The position numbers and the translations under genes were made by a program. 64,000 nt of DNA from Gemmatimonas sp. (GTDB lineage Bacteria; Gemmatimonadota; Gemmatimonadetes; Gemmatimonadales; Gemmatimonadaceae), in the NCBI GenBank assembly GCA_039809645.1, contig JBDHVK010000001.1:32802-96801 (forward strand). The letters run 5' to 3'. The notes under the pieces were generated by a model. The model searched no databases. It was not told the DNA's origin and saw nothing but the letters and a program-made list of their open reading frames with translations. This document shows, piece after piece, positions 1 to 10,523 of this stretch (position 1 is the stretch's first letter; each line of letters opens with the position of its first letter).

Positions 1-1
1 C

Positions 2-538
2 AACTGGCCGGGGGGCGTGGCGGTCGACATTGGAACCGGCTCGGGTGCCATCGCGCTCTCGTTGGCAACGGAAGGGCGTTTCGATCGCGTGATCGCGACG
101 GACGTCTCCCTCGACGCCCTGACGGTGGCCCGCGCCAACGCCGCGACCGTCGGTCTCACCGTCCCGCTCGAGTTTCGGGTCGGCAGCGACCTGGCCCCCG
201 TTTCAGAGCTGAAACCCAGCGGCTCACCCGCCCGTGTGATTGTCTCGAACCCACCGTACATTGCCTATACCGAGGCGGCCGCCCTTCCGGCGAGCGTCCG
301 GGCGTGGGAACCCCCGGTGGCGCTGTTTGCCGATCATGACGGGATGGCGCGCTATGAGGCCCTGCTGGCCGGTGCGCCGGCCGTGCTGGAGCCGGGCGGG
401 TGGGTGGTGCTGGAACTCGATGCCACCCGCGCTGAGCGCACCGCCGACCTGGCGCGCGATCAGGGGTATGACGAGGTGCGACTCGTGCAGGACCTCACGG
501 GTCGCAACCGGGTGCTGCTGGCCCGGTGGATATCCTGA
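2..538 (+). CDS. prmC: Release-factor glutamine N5-methyltransferase PrmC/HemK, C-terminal part (5' end outside window)
   Basis: ORF enters from the left edge. It carries the SAM-binding motif VDIGTGSGAIAL and the catalytic NPPY motif (VSNPPYI), followed by the typical GGWVVLE segment. Confidence 0.85.
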   Translation, partial: NWPGGVAVDIGTGSGAIALSLATEGRFDRVIATDVSLDALTVARANAATVGLTVPLEFRVGSDLAPVSELKPSGSPARVIVSNPPYIAYTEAAALPASVRAWEPPVALFADHDGMARYEALLAGAPAVLEPGGWVVLELDATRAERTADLARDQGYDEVRLVQDLTGRNRVLLARWIS

Positions 539-602
539 GCAGTGCCGTCACCGGCTACACCACGCAGGCGATCTCTGACACGGCCGAGGAGGCCGATATC
601 AT

Positions 603-953
603 ATGCTGGAAGACAAGGCGAAGGATCTCGGCCGCACGATCGGCCAGAGCGACGAATACAAGGCCGTGAAGCGCTCGAGTGAAGCGCTCAACAGCGATCG
701 CGAAGCGACGCAGGTGCTCCGCCAGATGGAGGCCATCCGCACCAGTGCGCAGCAGATGATCGACCGCGGCGAAGAGCCCACGCCCGAAATGGAGCAGCAA
801 CTCGACGCGCTCCTGCAGCAGGTCCAGGTCAACCCGGCCTATCAGGCGGCGATCTCGGCCCAGGACAATTTCGACAAGCTCATGCTGCGCGTGAATCAGT
901 GGATCGCCGATGGCATCCGACAGGGCGCCACCAGCCCGATCATCCTCGCCTGA
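603..953 (+). CDS. YlbF/YmcA-family (UPF0342-like) small helical protein
   Basis: 116-aa helical protein. GAGGAGG lies about 12 nt upstream of the ATG. The pattern (SDEYKAVKRS...ATQVLRQ...VQVNPAYQAAISAQDNFDKLM) resembles the YlbF family. Confidence 0.7.
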   Translation: MLEDKAKDLGRTIGQSDEYKAVKRSSEALNSDREATQVLRQMEAIRTSAQQMIDRGEEPTPEMEQQLDALLQQVQVNPAYQAAISAQDNFDKLMLRVNQWIADGIRQGATSPIILA

Positions 954-963
954 CCCGGGCGGT

Positions 964-1674
964 ATGACGGATTCGATGGGGCACCCGCGCCGCGGCCTGT
1001 TTCTCGCTCTCGAAGGCGGGGAAGGTGTCGGCAAGACGACGCAGTGGGAGAAGCTCACGGCCATGCTGCACGCGCTTGGGCATGATGTGGTGCCGGTGCG
1101 CGAGCCAGGGGGCACGTCGGCGGGTGATGCCATTCGGAAGCTGTTGCTCGATCCGCAGTCGCAACTGACGCCGGAATCGGAAGCGCTGCTCTTCGCCGCG
1201 TCGCGTGCGCAACTGGTGCGCGAGGTGATCGAGCCGGCGCTGGCCAGTGGCACCATCGTCCTCGTCGATCGGTTCCTGCTCTCCACCTACGCGTACCAGG
1301 GCGCCGGCCGCGGACTCTCCATCGAGTCCCTTCGCGCCGCGAACGCGGTGGCCACCGGCGGGCTGGTACCCGATCTCACACTGCTCCTGTCGGTCCCGCT
1401 CGACGTCGCCATGGCGCGCATGCAGGCGCGCGGGGAGGCCGACCGGCTCGAGCGGGAAGACGCCGGATTCCACACGCGGGTGCGCGATGCCTTTGCTGCG
1501 GCACTCGCCCCGGCATGGCAGCAGCAGCACCCGGAAATCGGCCCGGTGATGGAAGTGCAGGCGCTCGTGGATCCCGATGCCGTCACCACGCGTTGTCTCG
1601 AGATTCTCGTCAAGCGCTGGCCAGAGCGATTCGCGATGGCCGCCACGGCCCTGTTGGACGATCCCTATGCCTGA
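964..1674 (+). CDS. tmk: Thymidylate kinase
   Basis: P-loop LEGGEGVGKTTQ, then REPGGT and the LLLD motif. The start was taken at the internal ATG 964, because the track ORF from 910 overlaps the upstream gene. Confidence 0.9.
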   Translation: MTDSMGHPRRGLFLALEGGEGVGKTTQWEKLTAMLHALGHDVVPVREPGGTSAGDAIRKLLLDPQSQLTPESEALLFAASRAQLVREVIEPALASGTIVLVDRFLLSTYAYQGAGRGLSIESLRAANAVATGGLVPDLTLLLSVPLDVAMARMQARGEADRLEREDAGFHTRVRDAFAAALAPAWQQQHPEIGPVMEVQALVDPDAVTTRCLEILVKRWPERFAMAATALLDDPYA

Positions 1675-3310
1675 AGTGCTTCCCGACGCGCCCCGCCCGC
1701 CGCGCCGCCGTGTGCGCGGCATCGTGGCCGCGCTGATCTTCGTGGGGCTGTTGTCGCTCGGCGGCTGGTGGGCCGGCCGTGACCTGACGGCGGCCGTGCA
1801 ACCGTCACGCACGCCACTGGGAGGCGCGCGGCTTTTCGACCAGGTCGTGGCGGCGGTCTCGCGCAAATACGTCGATTCCATTGCCCCCGACTCGATCTAC
1901 TCCAAGGCCGTGAGCGGGATGCTGCGTGAATTGCAGGACCCGTACACGACCTTTCTCACCGACGAGCGCATGCGCCGCCTGAACGAGCAGATCAGCGGCA
2001 CGTATGCCGGGATCGGCATTCAGGTCGACATCCGCGACGGGTGGCCGGTGGTGATCGAGCCGCTCATGGGCGGCCCGTCCGAGCAGGCGGGGATCCTCGC
2101 CGGTGACCGCATCGTGATGGTCGGCAAGGAGAGCACGCGCAACTGGACGCGCGACGAGACGTCGCGAGCGCTCCGTGGGGCTCCCGGCAGTGCCGTGACC
2201 TTCACGGTGGAGCGGGGCGATCAGCGGCAGACGTTCACGCTCACGCGCGACAAGGTGCATCTCCGCGCCGTGCAGCGCATCGCGCTGCTGCCCAATGGCG
2301 TGGGCTATCTCGACGTCAATGTCTTCAGCGTGGAGACCGCCGCGGAAGTGAGCCACGCGGTGGATTCGCTCGTGAAGCTGGGCGCGCGGTCGCTCGCGCT
2401 CGATCTGCGCGGCAACCCGGGTGGGCTGCTCGAGCAGGGCGTCGGGGTCGCCGAGCTGTTCCTCGACCGTGGCCAGAGCATCGTGCAGCTCCGCGGGCGC
2501 CCCGGCTCGACGGCACAGGTGTTCACGGACTCGCAGCCACAGCGCTGGCCCACGCTGCCGCTCGCAGTGCTGGTGGATCGCTCCAGCGCAAGCGCGAGCG
2601 AGATCGTCGCTGGCGCGCTGCAGGATCACGACCGCGCCGTGGTGCTGGGCGTGACGAGCTTTGGTAAGGGGAGCGCGCAGAACGTCTATCCGCTCACCTC
2701 GGGTGGCGGGTTGCGCCTCACCATCGCGCGCTGGTACACGCCGGTCGGCCGCAGCATCAATCGCCCGCCGGCCCACGATCGCGACGAAGAGCCGGATACC
2801 GGCAAGCTCATGTTGCCCGACACCATCAAGCCGCGCTTCCGTACCGACAACGGTCGCACCGTATTCGGCGGTGGTGGGATCACGCCCGACGTGATCGTCG
2901 GCGACACCGTCACGCCGACGCCGGTGCAGGCCCTCGCCCGTGCGATGGGCAAGCATGTGGGTGAGTATCGCGATGCGATCTCCACCGAGGCGCAGAAGCT
3001 CAAGCGCACGCTCAAGGGGCCGGGCGATCCGGTCACCCCAGCCATGCTCGATGCGGTCTTCGCCGATCTGACCGCCCGCAAGGTGGCGCCGCCCCGTGCG
3101 GTCTTCGATGCCGCCACGCCGTGGATCTCGCGCTCACTGGGCTACGAGATGACGCGCATCGCCTTTGGCGCCGACGCCGAATTCCTGCGTCGCACCCAGG
3201 ACGACCTGACGCTGCAGCGGGCGGTGCAGGTGCTGCAGGGCGCGCGCACGCCGCGCGATGTCTTCGGCGGGTTGGAGCGTCGTGCGGTGAGTGTACCGGC
3301 TACGCCATAG
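1667..3310 (+). CDS. S41 family carboxy-terminal processing peptidase (N-terminal TM, PDZ, S41 catalytic domain)
   Basis: Internal ATG 1667 gives an N-terminal TM (IVAALIFVGLLSLGGWW) and overlaps the tmk stop by 8 nt. PDZ-like GGPSEQAGILAGDRIV, S41 motifs LDLRGNPGG and SASASEIVAGALQD, and GxxSFGKGS are present. Confidence 0.9.
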   Translation: MPEVLPDAPRPPRRRVRGIVAALIFVGLLSLGGWWAGRDLTAAVQPSRTPLGGARLFDQVVAAVSRKYVDSIAPDSIYSKAVSGMLRELQDPYTTFLTDERMRRLNEQISGTYAGIGIQVDIRDGWPVVIEPLMGGPSEQAGILAGDRIVMVGKESTRNWTRDETSRALRGAPGSAVTFTVERGDQRQTFTLTRDKVHLRAVQRIALLPNGVGYLDVNVFSVETAAEVSHAVDSLVKLGARSLALDLRGNPGGLLEQGVGVAELFLDRGQSIVQLRGRPGSTAQVFTDSQPQRWPTLPLAVLVDRSSASASEIVAGALQDHDRAVVLGVTSFGKGSAQNVYPLTSGGGLRLTIARWYTPVGRSINRPPAHDRDEEPDTGKLMLPDTIKPRFRTDNGRTVFGGGGITPDVIVGDTVTPTPVQALARAMGKHVGEYRDAISTEAQKLKRTLKGPGDPVTPAMLDAVFADLTARKVAPPRAVFDAATPWISRSLGYEMTRIAFGADAEFLRRTQDDLTLQRAVQVLQGARTPRDVFGGLERRAVSVPATP

Positions 3311-3315
3311 CGGCG

Positions 3316-3341
3316 AGCAGCCGTCCGGAAGAACGGCTGCT
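3316..3341. terminator. Hairpin between convergent genes (candidate bidirectional terminator)
   Basis: AGCAGCCGT (3316-3324) pairs with ACGGCTGCT (3333-3341) around an 8-nt loop. It lies between the stop of the S41 peptidase gene and the stop of the LolA-like gene. No clear U-tract. Confidence 0.4.
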
Positions 3342-4021
3342 TACTGCCCTGGCAGCTTCGTCGAGACCTTGGCGCCCTTCGGCACCTTGAACGAGAAGGC
3401 GTTCGCCGGTAGCGACGCATCGGGGGTCCACGACGTGAGCGTGATGGTGCGGTCGATCCCCTGACCGTCGATCACCTGCACGCGCACCGGGCGGGCGCTG
3501 GTATCATCGAGCCAGAGCACGGCTTTGGAGAAGGGCACCGAGCTGGCCGTCTTGGGCACGAGCTGCACGCGCGTGGTGCTCTTGCCATCGATCGGGCTGC
3601 GTTCGCCGCCACTGATCGTGAACGCTTTCTTCGGGGTGTCGAGCAACTGCCCCAGCAGGTCGGCGACGATCGCACCATCGGCCGTACTCGGCAGCTTGAG
3701 CACCTGGCCAGGCGTGCTGCTCGGCAGATACACCCACAGGTTCTTGCCGTCGTCGATGATCTGATCGCCGGCTGGATCGGTGAAGGTGATGGACACCTTG
3801 CCCGGACGCTGCTGCAGGAAACGCCCGCGCGACGTGGCGGTCTTGCCAAGCACCGGGTTCGTGATCTTCTGCTCGAAGTTCGCATCGAGCGTCTTCGTGG
3901 CCGCCCACGCCTTGGCGACCTTCTCGTACGCCGCATCGGCCGCTTGCGCCCGGACGAGCGCGGGCGCCGCGGCCATGGTGAGCGCGATCACCAGCGTGGA
4001 TGGCTTCATCGGAATGGTCAT
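3341..4021 (-). CDS. LolA-like outer-membrane lipoprotein carrier family protein (secreted)
   Basis: Signal peptide (LVIALTMAAAPALVRAQA). LolA-like core FEQKI...GRFLQQRPGKVSITFTDPAGDQIIDDGKNLWVYLP. Confidence 0.75.
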   Translation of the reverse strand: MTIPMKPSTLVIALTMAAAPALVRAQAADAAYEKVAKAWAATKTLDANFEQKITNPVLGKTATSRGRFLQQRPGKVSITFTDPAGDQIIDDGKNLWVYLPSSTPGQVLKLPSTADGAIVADLLGQLLDTPKKAFTISGGERSPIDGKSTTRVQLVPKTASSVPFSKAVLWLDDTSARPVRVQVIDGQGIDRTITLTSWTPDASLPANAFSFKVPKGAKVSTKLPGQ

Positions 4022-4080
4022 GGCTGGTGATACACCGTGCCTATCGCCGCGCGTTCCCTCTGGTGCCGCGCGAATGTTGG

Positions 4081-5106
4081 CTAGAGCGCGGTCACGGAAC
4101 GCCCGATCGCCGACGCAATGGTACGCAGCTGCTTGACGAGCTCGGTGAACTGGTCGGGATACAGCGACTGCGCACCGTCCGAGAGCGCCTTGTCGGGCGT
4201 CGGATGCACTTCGACCAGGATGCCGTCGGCACCGGCCGCCACGGCGGCGCGAGCCATCGGGGTCACCTTGTCGCGCAGCCCGGTGCCGTGGCTCGGATCA
4301 GCCACGATGGGGAGGTGCGACAGCTTCTGCACCACCGGGATCGCCGTCAGATCGAAGAGGTTGCGCGTAGCGCTGTCGAAGGTGCGCACCCCGCGCTCGC
4401 ACAGAATCACGTTCGGATTGCCTTCCGCGAGGATGTACTCGGCGGAGAGCAGCAGATCGTTGATCGTGGCCGCCATGCCGCGCTTGAGGAGCACCGGCTT
4501 GCCGAGTTTGCCCACGTGCCGCAGCAACGAGTAGTTCTGCATGTTGCGCGCGCCGAGCTGGATGCAGTCGGCGTATTCGGCCACCAGATCCGCGCCGCGT
4601 TCGTCCATCGCTTCGGTGACGATCGCGAGCCCGGTTTCCTCTCGCGCGAGCGCCAGCAGCTCGAGTCCCCGCTTGCCAAGCCCCTGGAAGGCGTAGGGAC
4701 TCGAGCGCGGCTTGAAGGCGCCACCGCGCAGCGCGGCCGCGCCCGAGGCACGGACCTGACGGGCAGCGGTCAGGATCTGCTCCTCCGTCTCGACCGAGCA
4801 GGGGCCCGCGACGATCGGCACGTCGTTGCCGCCGAAGCGCACGCCCGGCGCGATCTCCACGATCGTCTGTTCGGTCTTCCACTCGCGTGCCGCCTGACGA
4901 TACGGCTTCTGCACGATGAGCACGCTGGCGACGCCCGGCAGCCCCTCGATGTAGGACCAATCCACCTTGGCGTCGTCGCCAAGGAGACCGATCGCCGTGC
5001 GAACTTCGCCCGGCATGGGGAGCGGCTTGAAGCCCTGACGCACGATCTCGTCGCAGACACGATCGATGTCTGGCTGAGTGGCGTTGGGCGACATCACGAC
5101 CAGCAT
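4081..5106 (-). CDS. aroF: 3-deoxy-7-phosphoheptulonate (DAHP) synthase, class I-beta with N-terminal regulatory domain
   Basis: About 340 aa, with a short ferredoxin-like N-domain followed by [26 protein letters not shown] and SHGTG motifs, as in Thermotoga-type DAHPS. Confidence 0.85.
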   Translation of the reverse strand: MLVVMSPNATQPDIDRVCDEIVRQGFKPLPMPGEVRTAIGLLGDDAKVDWSYIEGLPGVASVLIVQKPYRQAAREWKTEQTIVEIAPGVRFGGNDVPIVAGPCSVETEEQILTAARQVRASGAAALRGGAFKPRSSPYAFQGLGKRGLELLALAREETGLAIVTEAMDERGADLVAEYADCIQLGARNMQNYSLLRHVGKLGKPVLLKRGMAATINDLLLSAEYILAEGNPNVILCERGVRTFDSATRNLFDLTAIPVVQKLSHLPIVADPSHGTGLRDKVTPMARAAVAAGADGILVEVHPTPDKALSDGAQSLYPDQFTELVKQLRTIASAIGRSVTAL

Positions 5107-5127
5107 GAGACGTCCTCGGAAGACTGC

Positions 5128-5883
5128 TTAGAAATCGATGGACCAGCCGTCGTGCGCGAGCACGGTGGGGCCGGCATAGTGCTCCGCGACCTCACCGCGA
5201 ATGTCCACGGTCTCGACCGGCGGATAGAAGTGCGTGAGCACGAGCCGCATGGCGCGGGCGCGGGCTGCCAGACCGCCAGCCTGCCGCGGCGTCAGATGGT
5301 CGCGAATGGCCATGGCATCGGGCAGGGAACACTCGGCGAGCAGCAGGTCGCAGCCAGCGGCCCAGTCGCCAAGCGCCTCGCTCACCCCGGTATCACCGGT
5401 GTAGACGAGGCGGGTTGTTCCCTCACTGATGGAATATGCCACGCTCTCGGCAGTATGCGGTACCGTTGTGGTTGCCAGATCGGCGCCCGGCAGGTGAATC
5501 ACCTCGTCGGGCGCGATTTCGCGAACCGTCAACGGGAATCCGGGCGCCAGGAGCCAGCTCCCATGCACCGCGGCGAGGCGTTCGAACAGGGAGCCGGTGC
5601 CGGGCGGCCCGTAGATCGTCACCGGCTCGCTGCGCGCCGGCAGCTGCCCCCACCGCCAGCCCATGACGAGCAGTGGCAGGTCGCTGATGTGATCCGTGTG
5701 AAAGTGGGTGAGCGCCACGTGCGTGATGCCGCTCCAGTTCACGCCCAGCTGCGCCATGCGGTGCACGGCACCGCTTCCGCAGTCCAGCAGCAGTCGCGTG
5801 TTGCCGGCCTCGATCAGATGCGCCGCCGACACGCGGGACGCGTGCGGGGCTGCCGTACCCGTGCCAATCGTGGTAAGTCGCAT
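5128..5883 (-). CDS. MBL-fold metallo-hydrolase (RNase Z/BN-like)
   Basis: HxHxDH motif (THFHTDHISDL), the N-terminal LLDCGSG segment, and a later TGDTG. Confidence 0.75.
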   Translation of the reverse strand: MRLTTIGTGTAAPHASRVSAAHLIEAGNTRLLLDCGSGAVHRMAQLGVNWSGITHVALTHFHTDHISDLPLLVMGWRWGQLPARSEPVTIYGPPGTGSLFERLAAVHGSWLLAPGFPLTVREIAPDEVIHLPGADLATTTVPHTAESVAYSISEGTTRLVYTGDTGVSEALGDWAAGCDLLLAECSLPDAMAIRDHLTPRQAGGLAARARAMRLVLTHFYPPVETVDIRGEVAEHYAGPTVLAHDGWSIDF

Positions 5884-5910
5884 CAGCCGGTCAGAGAGTC
5901 GCGCAGCCGC

Positions 5911-6939
5911 TCACCGGCCGCGGAACACGATCTTGCGGAACGTGGGTGCCCCGTTGCCGGCACTGAAGCGTGCCAGATAGACGCCCGGGGCGACCGTCCG
6001 ACCGTCGTTCGCGGTGCCGTCCCACACAAAACGGTTGTCGCAATTGCTCGACGCACCCGGCGCCCCGCGACCGTAGCGGCCGGCACTGAACTGCGTGATG
6101 CCGTCGCTGGCCGGCACGATGGTCCGCACCAGATTCCCGCGCATGTCGCGCACCTCGAGACTGACGCGTGCGCCCGGACTGCCCACATCGAACCAGAAGC
6201 AGGTCGAAAACGCCGTTGGCGAGGGGAACGGGTTGGGAAAGTTCTGATACAGTACCGTGTTCGTCGGCAGCGGCGGATCGGTGATGACGATCGAGCCTTG
6301 CCCATTGGCGCGTACCGATTCACCGCCGCGCAGCGTGGCGCGCAGATTCCATCGATACGACGTATTGGCCTGCAGATCGGTCGTCGGCCGGAACGTCGTG
6401 TCTCGCAGTCCGCTCGCCGACACCTCCGTGCCCCCCGACGAGGTGTTGATGATCTCGAGGTCGTAGCTCCAAGGCCCGGACGGTGGCGACACCGGGGCAC
6501 TGCGCCAGACAAAGAGCGGGCGCCGGATATCGAAGCCGTTGCCGCTTGGCGAGTTGGGCGCCACGATGGTGAGCCAGGTGGGCACCGTGCGCGGGCCGCC
6601 AGCCGCCGACTCGACGAGCTGACCATCGCGACCGCGCACCCGCACGCGCCACCACACCGGTGCATCGCTCGGGAGCGGCTTCGAGGTGGTCACGCTGAAG
6701 ACGGTATCCGTCGATGCAAAGGCGCTGTCGACTGCGACGGTGGCGAAGTCCGCCGACAGCCCCACCTGCAACGTCACCTGCAGCGGCAGCTGCGCGCCAA
6801 GCCCGGTGACGCGCACCTGAAACGTGGGCGTCACCGAAGCGAGCACGTTGTTTCCCGCCGGCGCGCCCACCGTGACGGTTTGCGCGCGGCCCACCTGCGC
6901 GCCCACCATCACGAGGACTCCGGCGAGCACGCGCCCCAA
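5911..6939 (-). CDS. Secreted repeat protein with C-terminal FlgD-Ig/T9SS-type sorting-like domain
   Basis: N-terminal signal-like segment. The C-terminus has LYQNFPNPFPSPT...VSLEVRDMRGNLVRTI...GVYLARF, typical of T9SS/FlgD-Ig tails. The start is TTG 6939 or GTG 6930, 5 nt after the smc stop. Confidence 0.7.
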   Translation of the reverse strand: MGRVLAGVLVMVGAQVGRAQTVTVGAPAGNNVLASVTPTFQVRVTGLGAQLPLQVTLQVGLSADFATVAVDSAFASTDTVFSVTTSKPLPSDAPVWWRVRVRGRDGQLVESAAGGPRTVPTWLTIVAPNSPSGNGFDIRRPLFVWRSAPVSPPSGPWSYDLEIINTSSGGTEVSASGLRDTTFRPTTDLQANTSYRWNLRATLRGGESVRANGQGSIVITDPPLPTNTVLYQNFPNPFPSPTAFSTCFWFDVGSPGARVSLEVRDMRGNLVRTIVPASDGITQFSAGRYGRGAPGASSNCDNRFVWDGTANDGRTVAPGVYLARFSAGNGAPTFRKIVFRGR

Positions 6940-6944
6940 TCGGA

Positions 6945-9900
6945 TCAGGAGCTGGCCTCGGCGCTGCCCTCGGCCATCGCCTCGGCGACAGCCTCGGGGT
7001 CCACCGGATCGACGCTGGCCTGCGCATCGCCGCCGCCGCTGGGCTCGTCATCCACCGACGGCCCGTTGCGCAGACGCACACTCACGATGCTCGACACGCC
7101 GGGCTCCTGCATCGTCACACCGTAGACCGCGTCGGCCGCTTCCGACGTCGTGCGCGGATTGTGCGTGATGACGATGAACTGCGTCCGCGACTTGAAGTCG
7201 TTGAGCATCTTCACGAAGCGGCCGATGTTCTGGTCGTCGAGCGGCGCGTCCACTTCGTCCATGAGGCAGAAGGGGCTCGGCTTGGTGAGGAAGATGCCGA
7301 AGAGCAGCGAGAGGGCGACCAGCGCGCGCTCACCGCTGGAGAGCAGGTGAATGCGCTGCGTCTTCTTGCCGCGCGGCGACGCATGCACTTCGATGTCGCA
7401 ATCGAGCGGCGCGTCCGGATTCTCGAGCCGCAAGTCGCACTCGCCACCGCCGAACATGCGCAGGAAGATCTGTCGGAAGTTCTCCCGGACCTGGGCAAAC
7501 GTGGCGAGGAAGAGCTCGCGCGCCGTGCTGTCGATCTCGCGAATGGCCTGGTGCAGCGACTGCTTCGCGTTGACGAGATCGTTCCGCTGACTGGTCAGGA
7601 ACTCGAGGCGACGTTGCTCCTCCTCGTGCTCCTCGATCGCCAGCGGATTCACCGGCCCCAACTCGTCGAGCGATTCCCGCAGCGTCTTCGCTTCGGTGCG
7701 CAGGGCATCGGTCTCGAGGTCGAGCTCCTCGAAACCGGTGAGCAGGTCTTCGAGCGAACGGCGCCACTCGGTCTCGAGGCGCTCGCGAATGGCGGCGCGA
7801 CGACCGGCCAGCTCCGTGTGGCGCAGCTGCGCGCCATGCAACTGTTCGCCGAGCGAGGCGGCCCGTCGGCGTGTCTCGTCGAGCGTACCCTCCACCGCGT
7901 CGTTGGCCGCCGTGGCTGCCGCCACCGCCCGCTCCGCCTCGGCAAGGCGCGCGTCGGCGTCGGCCAGATTCTTCTGTTCCGTCTCGAGTTCGGCGCGCCA
8001 GCCATCGAGCTGCTGCGCGAGCTGCTGATCGGCGTCGGAAAGCGTCGACAGCTCCTTCGCCAGCGACTCGATACGAGCGGCCGCGGTGGAGTCTTCCTCC
8101 TCGAGGCGCTTCTCGCGATCGATCGCCACACTGAGGCGCGCCTGGGCCTGGGCCTGCGCAACCTGCCACGTCGCACGCGCTTCGCGAGCCTGCTCCTGCT
8201 CGCGTTCGGCGATGCTCAACGACTCCCGCGCCATGGTGATATCACCATCGGCCTCGCCCGCACGTGCGTGCAGCGCTTCGGCCTGCTGCGCGAGCTGGCG
8301 CGTACGCTGCTCGAGCTCGTCGAGCCGGCTCACCAGCTTCTCCGCCAGGGCGTTCGACTGCGCGAGTTCACGCTCGGCGCGCTCGCGGCGACGTTCGACT
8401 TCCTGCTGCACTTCACCCGCGCGCCGCGACTCCTGCTGCGCGCGATTGTGAGCCTCCATCGCGGCTTGCTGTGCGCGTTCCGCTTCGCCGAGCGCGAGCC
8501 GCGCCGCTTCCGCGGTGGCGGCTGCGGAATCGCGACGGGCATCGGCGGCCGCGAGGTCGGTTTCGAGCCGGTTCAGCTCGGCGCGTCGCTGCAGCGGTCC
8601 CGGTCCGGTGGCCGTGCCGGGGAGAAACACGGCGCCGCGTTCATCGACGAAGGCTTCGCCACCATCGAGCGCCCGCACCTTGCCGAGCAGCGCACGGACC
8701 CAACGGCTCGCCGCACCACTCGACTGCACGGAGCCGGCAAGCGCATCGGCGTCGGCGCCGAGTTCGGTCACCACGTCGAGCGGCAGGAGCAGCAGCGGGC
8801 CGGGCTGCGTCTCGGTGTGCCAGCGGCGCACGGCGCTCGCGACCTCGGCATCACGCACGACAATCGCGTGCATCGTGGCGCCGAGGTACCGTTCGACCAG
8901 TCGGGCCGCGTCGCCATCGGCCGACAGGAAGTCGGTCAGTGGGCCAAGCACCGCGCCGTCGCCGAACCGTTCCTTCTCGCGCAGGAGCTTTGCACTCGAC
9001 GGTGCCAGCCCGACGCGTTCGCGCTCGAGCGCCGCCAGCGCATTCATCCGCCCTTCGAGCGCCGTCCGTTCCTCCACCGCGCTGGCAAGCGCCGCGCGCG
9101 ACTCCGCATCGGCCGTGCGCGCCGTCGCGGCGGTCAGGCGCGCGCCTTCGAGCGCCTGCATGGCGTCGTGCGCCGCCGCATGGGCCACCGACACGGCTTC
9201 ACGCGCCTGAATCAGCTCGCGTTCGATGACATCGCGCGCATCGGCGAGATTCTGGCGCTCGATCTCGAGCACTTCCATGCGCTGCTGCGTGTCCGCCTGC
9301 TCGCGCGCGGCGCTGTCACGATCCATCTCGATGCGGCGAGCCTGATCGCGATGCTCGCGCACCTGCCGCTCGAGCTGATCGAGCGCGGCGCGCGCCTGCT
9401 GCACCGCCTCACGGGCCGTCTGCTCGGCGGCCAGCCGTTGTTGCAGCGCCTCGCCCGCCTCGCTCAACTCCCGCTCGAGCGTGGTTCGATCGGTGGCGGC
9501 GCGCTCGCGATCTTCGCGCAGGCGACGACCGAACGCTTCATTCTCGATACGCTCCTGTTCCGCCCGCGCCTTGCGTTGCGAGGTGCTGCGCTGGCGCTCT
9601 TCGGCCACCGCCAGCTCGCGTTCGAGCATCTGCGTCCGATGGCGCTGCTCCGCGGCGAGGCGCGCCACTTCCTGACGCGTGGCCTCGGCGGTGGCACGCG
9701 CGGCGTGTGCCTCTTCGCGCTGGGCTTCGGCAGCCGCAATGGCCTCTTCGGCGCCCGGCATGTCCGCCTGCAACTCGGACAGGCGCCCATCGAGCGCCTC
9801 GAGTTCATCCTTCCACGCTGCCATCTCGCGCACCGCCAGCGAGATCTCCACCTGGAAGCGGCGGCTCGTGAGTTCCGCGTGCCGTTCGGCGCGGCGGCGC

Positions 9901-10523
9901 TGACGCGCCAGTGATCGCACCTGGCTCTGCACTTCGTTGATCAGGTCATCGAGACGCGCAAGGTCGGTCGTCGTTTCCTCGAGACGACGCTCCGCACTGC
10001 GGCGACGATCACGATACAGTCCGACGCCTGCCGCCTCCTCGAAGAGCTCCCGGCGCTCGTCCGGGCGGTCGGAGAGCAGGGCATCGATCATCTTCGATTC
10101 GATAACGACGCCCGAGTCGGCGCCAAGACCCGTGCCACGCACGAGATCCTGAATATCGCGCAAACGGCATGGCGCCCGGTTGAGGAGATACTCGCTCTCA
10201 CCGGAACGCAGCAGACGCCGCGTGATCACGACTTCCTTGAATGGAATTGGCAGCTCGCCTTCGGTGTTGTCGAAGTGGAGCGAGACCTCCGCCATGTTGA
10301 CCGGCTTGCGCGCCGAGGAGCCGTGGAAGATGACGTCTTCCATCTTGGCGCCACGCATCGCGCGCGCGCGCTGCTCGCCCAGTACCCAACGCACGGCGTC
10401 GGAGACGTTCGATTTGCCGGACCCGTTGGGGCCGACGATGGCCGTCACGCCCTTCTCGAACACGAACTCGAGATGATCGGCGAAGGCCTTGAAGCCATGA
10501 ACTTCGAGCTTCGTGAGACGCAC
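6945..10523 (-). CDS. smc: Chromosome partition protein SMC
   Basis: 1192 aa. N-terminal Walker A (GPNGSGKSNVSDA), long coiled coils, a hinge, and a C-terminal signature motif and Walker B (LSSGERALVALSLLF...FCLMDEVDAPLD). Confidence 0.97.
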   Translation of the reverse strand: MRLTKLEVHGFKAFADHLEFVFEKGVTAIVGPNGSGKSNVSDAVRWVLGEQRARAMRGAKMEDVIFHGSSARKPVNMAEVSLHFDNTEGELPIPFKEVVITRRLLRSGESEYLLNRAPCRLRDIQDLVRGTGLGADSGVVIESKMIDALLSDRPDERRELFEEAAGVGLYRDRRRSAERRLEETTTDLARLDDLINEVQSQVRSLARQRRRAERHAELTSRRFQVEISLAVREMAAWKDELEALDGRLSELQADMPGAEEAIAAAEAQREEAHAARATAEATRQEVARLAAEQRHRTQMLERELAVAEERQRSTSQRKARAEQERIENEAFGRRLREDRERAATDRTTLERELSEAGEALQQRLAAEQTAREAVQQARAALDQLERQVREHRDQARRIEMDRDSAAREQADTQQRMEVLEIERQNLADARDVIERELIQAREAVSVAHAAAHDAMQALEGARLTAATARTADAESRAALASAVEERTALEGRMNALAALERERVGLAPSSAKLLREKERFGDGAVLGPLTDFLSADGDAARLVERYLGATMHAIVVRDAEVASAVRRWHTETQPGPLLLLPLDVVTELGADADALAGSVQSSGAASRWVRALLGKVRALDGGEAFVDERGAVFLPGTATGPGPLQRRAELNRLETDLAAADARRDSAAATAEAARLALGEAERAQQAAMEAHNRAQQESRRAGEVQQEVERRRERAERELAQSNALAEKLVSRLDELEQRTRQLAQQAEALHARAGEADGDITMARESLSIAEREQEQAREARATWQVAQAQAQARLSVAIDREKRLEEEDSTAAARIESLAKELSTLSDADQQLAQQLDGWRAELETEQKNLADADARLAEAERAVAAATAANDAVEGTLDETRRRAASLGEQLHGAQLRHTELAGRRAAIRERLETEWRRSLEDLLTGFEELDLETDALRTEAKTLRESLDELGPVNPLAIEEHEEEQRRLEFLTSQRNDLVNAKQSLHQAIREIDSTARELFLATFAQVRENFRQIFLRMFGGGECDLRLENPDAPLDCDIEVHASPRGKKTQRIHLLSSGERALVALSLLFGIFLTKPSPFCLMDEVDAPLDDQNIGRFVKMLNDFKSRTQFIVITHNPRTTSEAADAVYGVTMQEPGVSSIVSVRLRNGPSVDDEPSGGGDAQASVDPVDPEAVAEAMAEGSAEASS

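Noticed and set aside
3341-4021. LolA-like protein, or other small exported proteins, considered as the missing TssJ
   Set aside because: It lies far from the T6SS locus, has a signal peptide without a lipobox cysteine, and shows clear LolA-type motifs.
4000-7125. 1041-aa plus-strand ORF spanning the DAHP synthase, MBL hydrolase, T9SS-tail protein and smc 3' region
   Set aside because: It is antisense to several well-supported minus-strand genes. The translated product is Arg/His/Gly/Asp-rich low-complexity sequence with no motifs. This is the typical stop-codon-poor antisense frame of a high-GC genome.
7161-9914. 917-aa plus-strand ORF
   Set aside because: It is entirely antisense to smc, whose identity is unambiguous. 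Same high-GC artefact.
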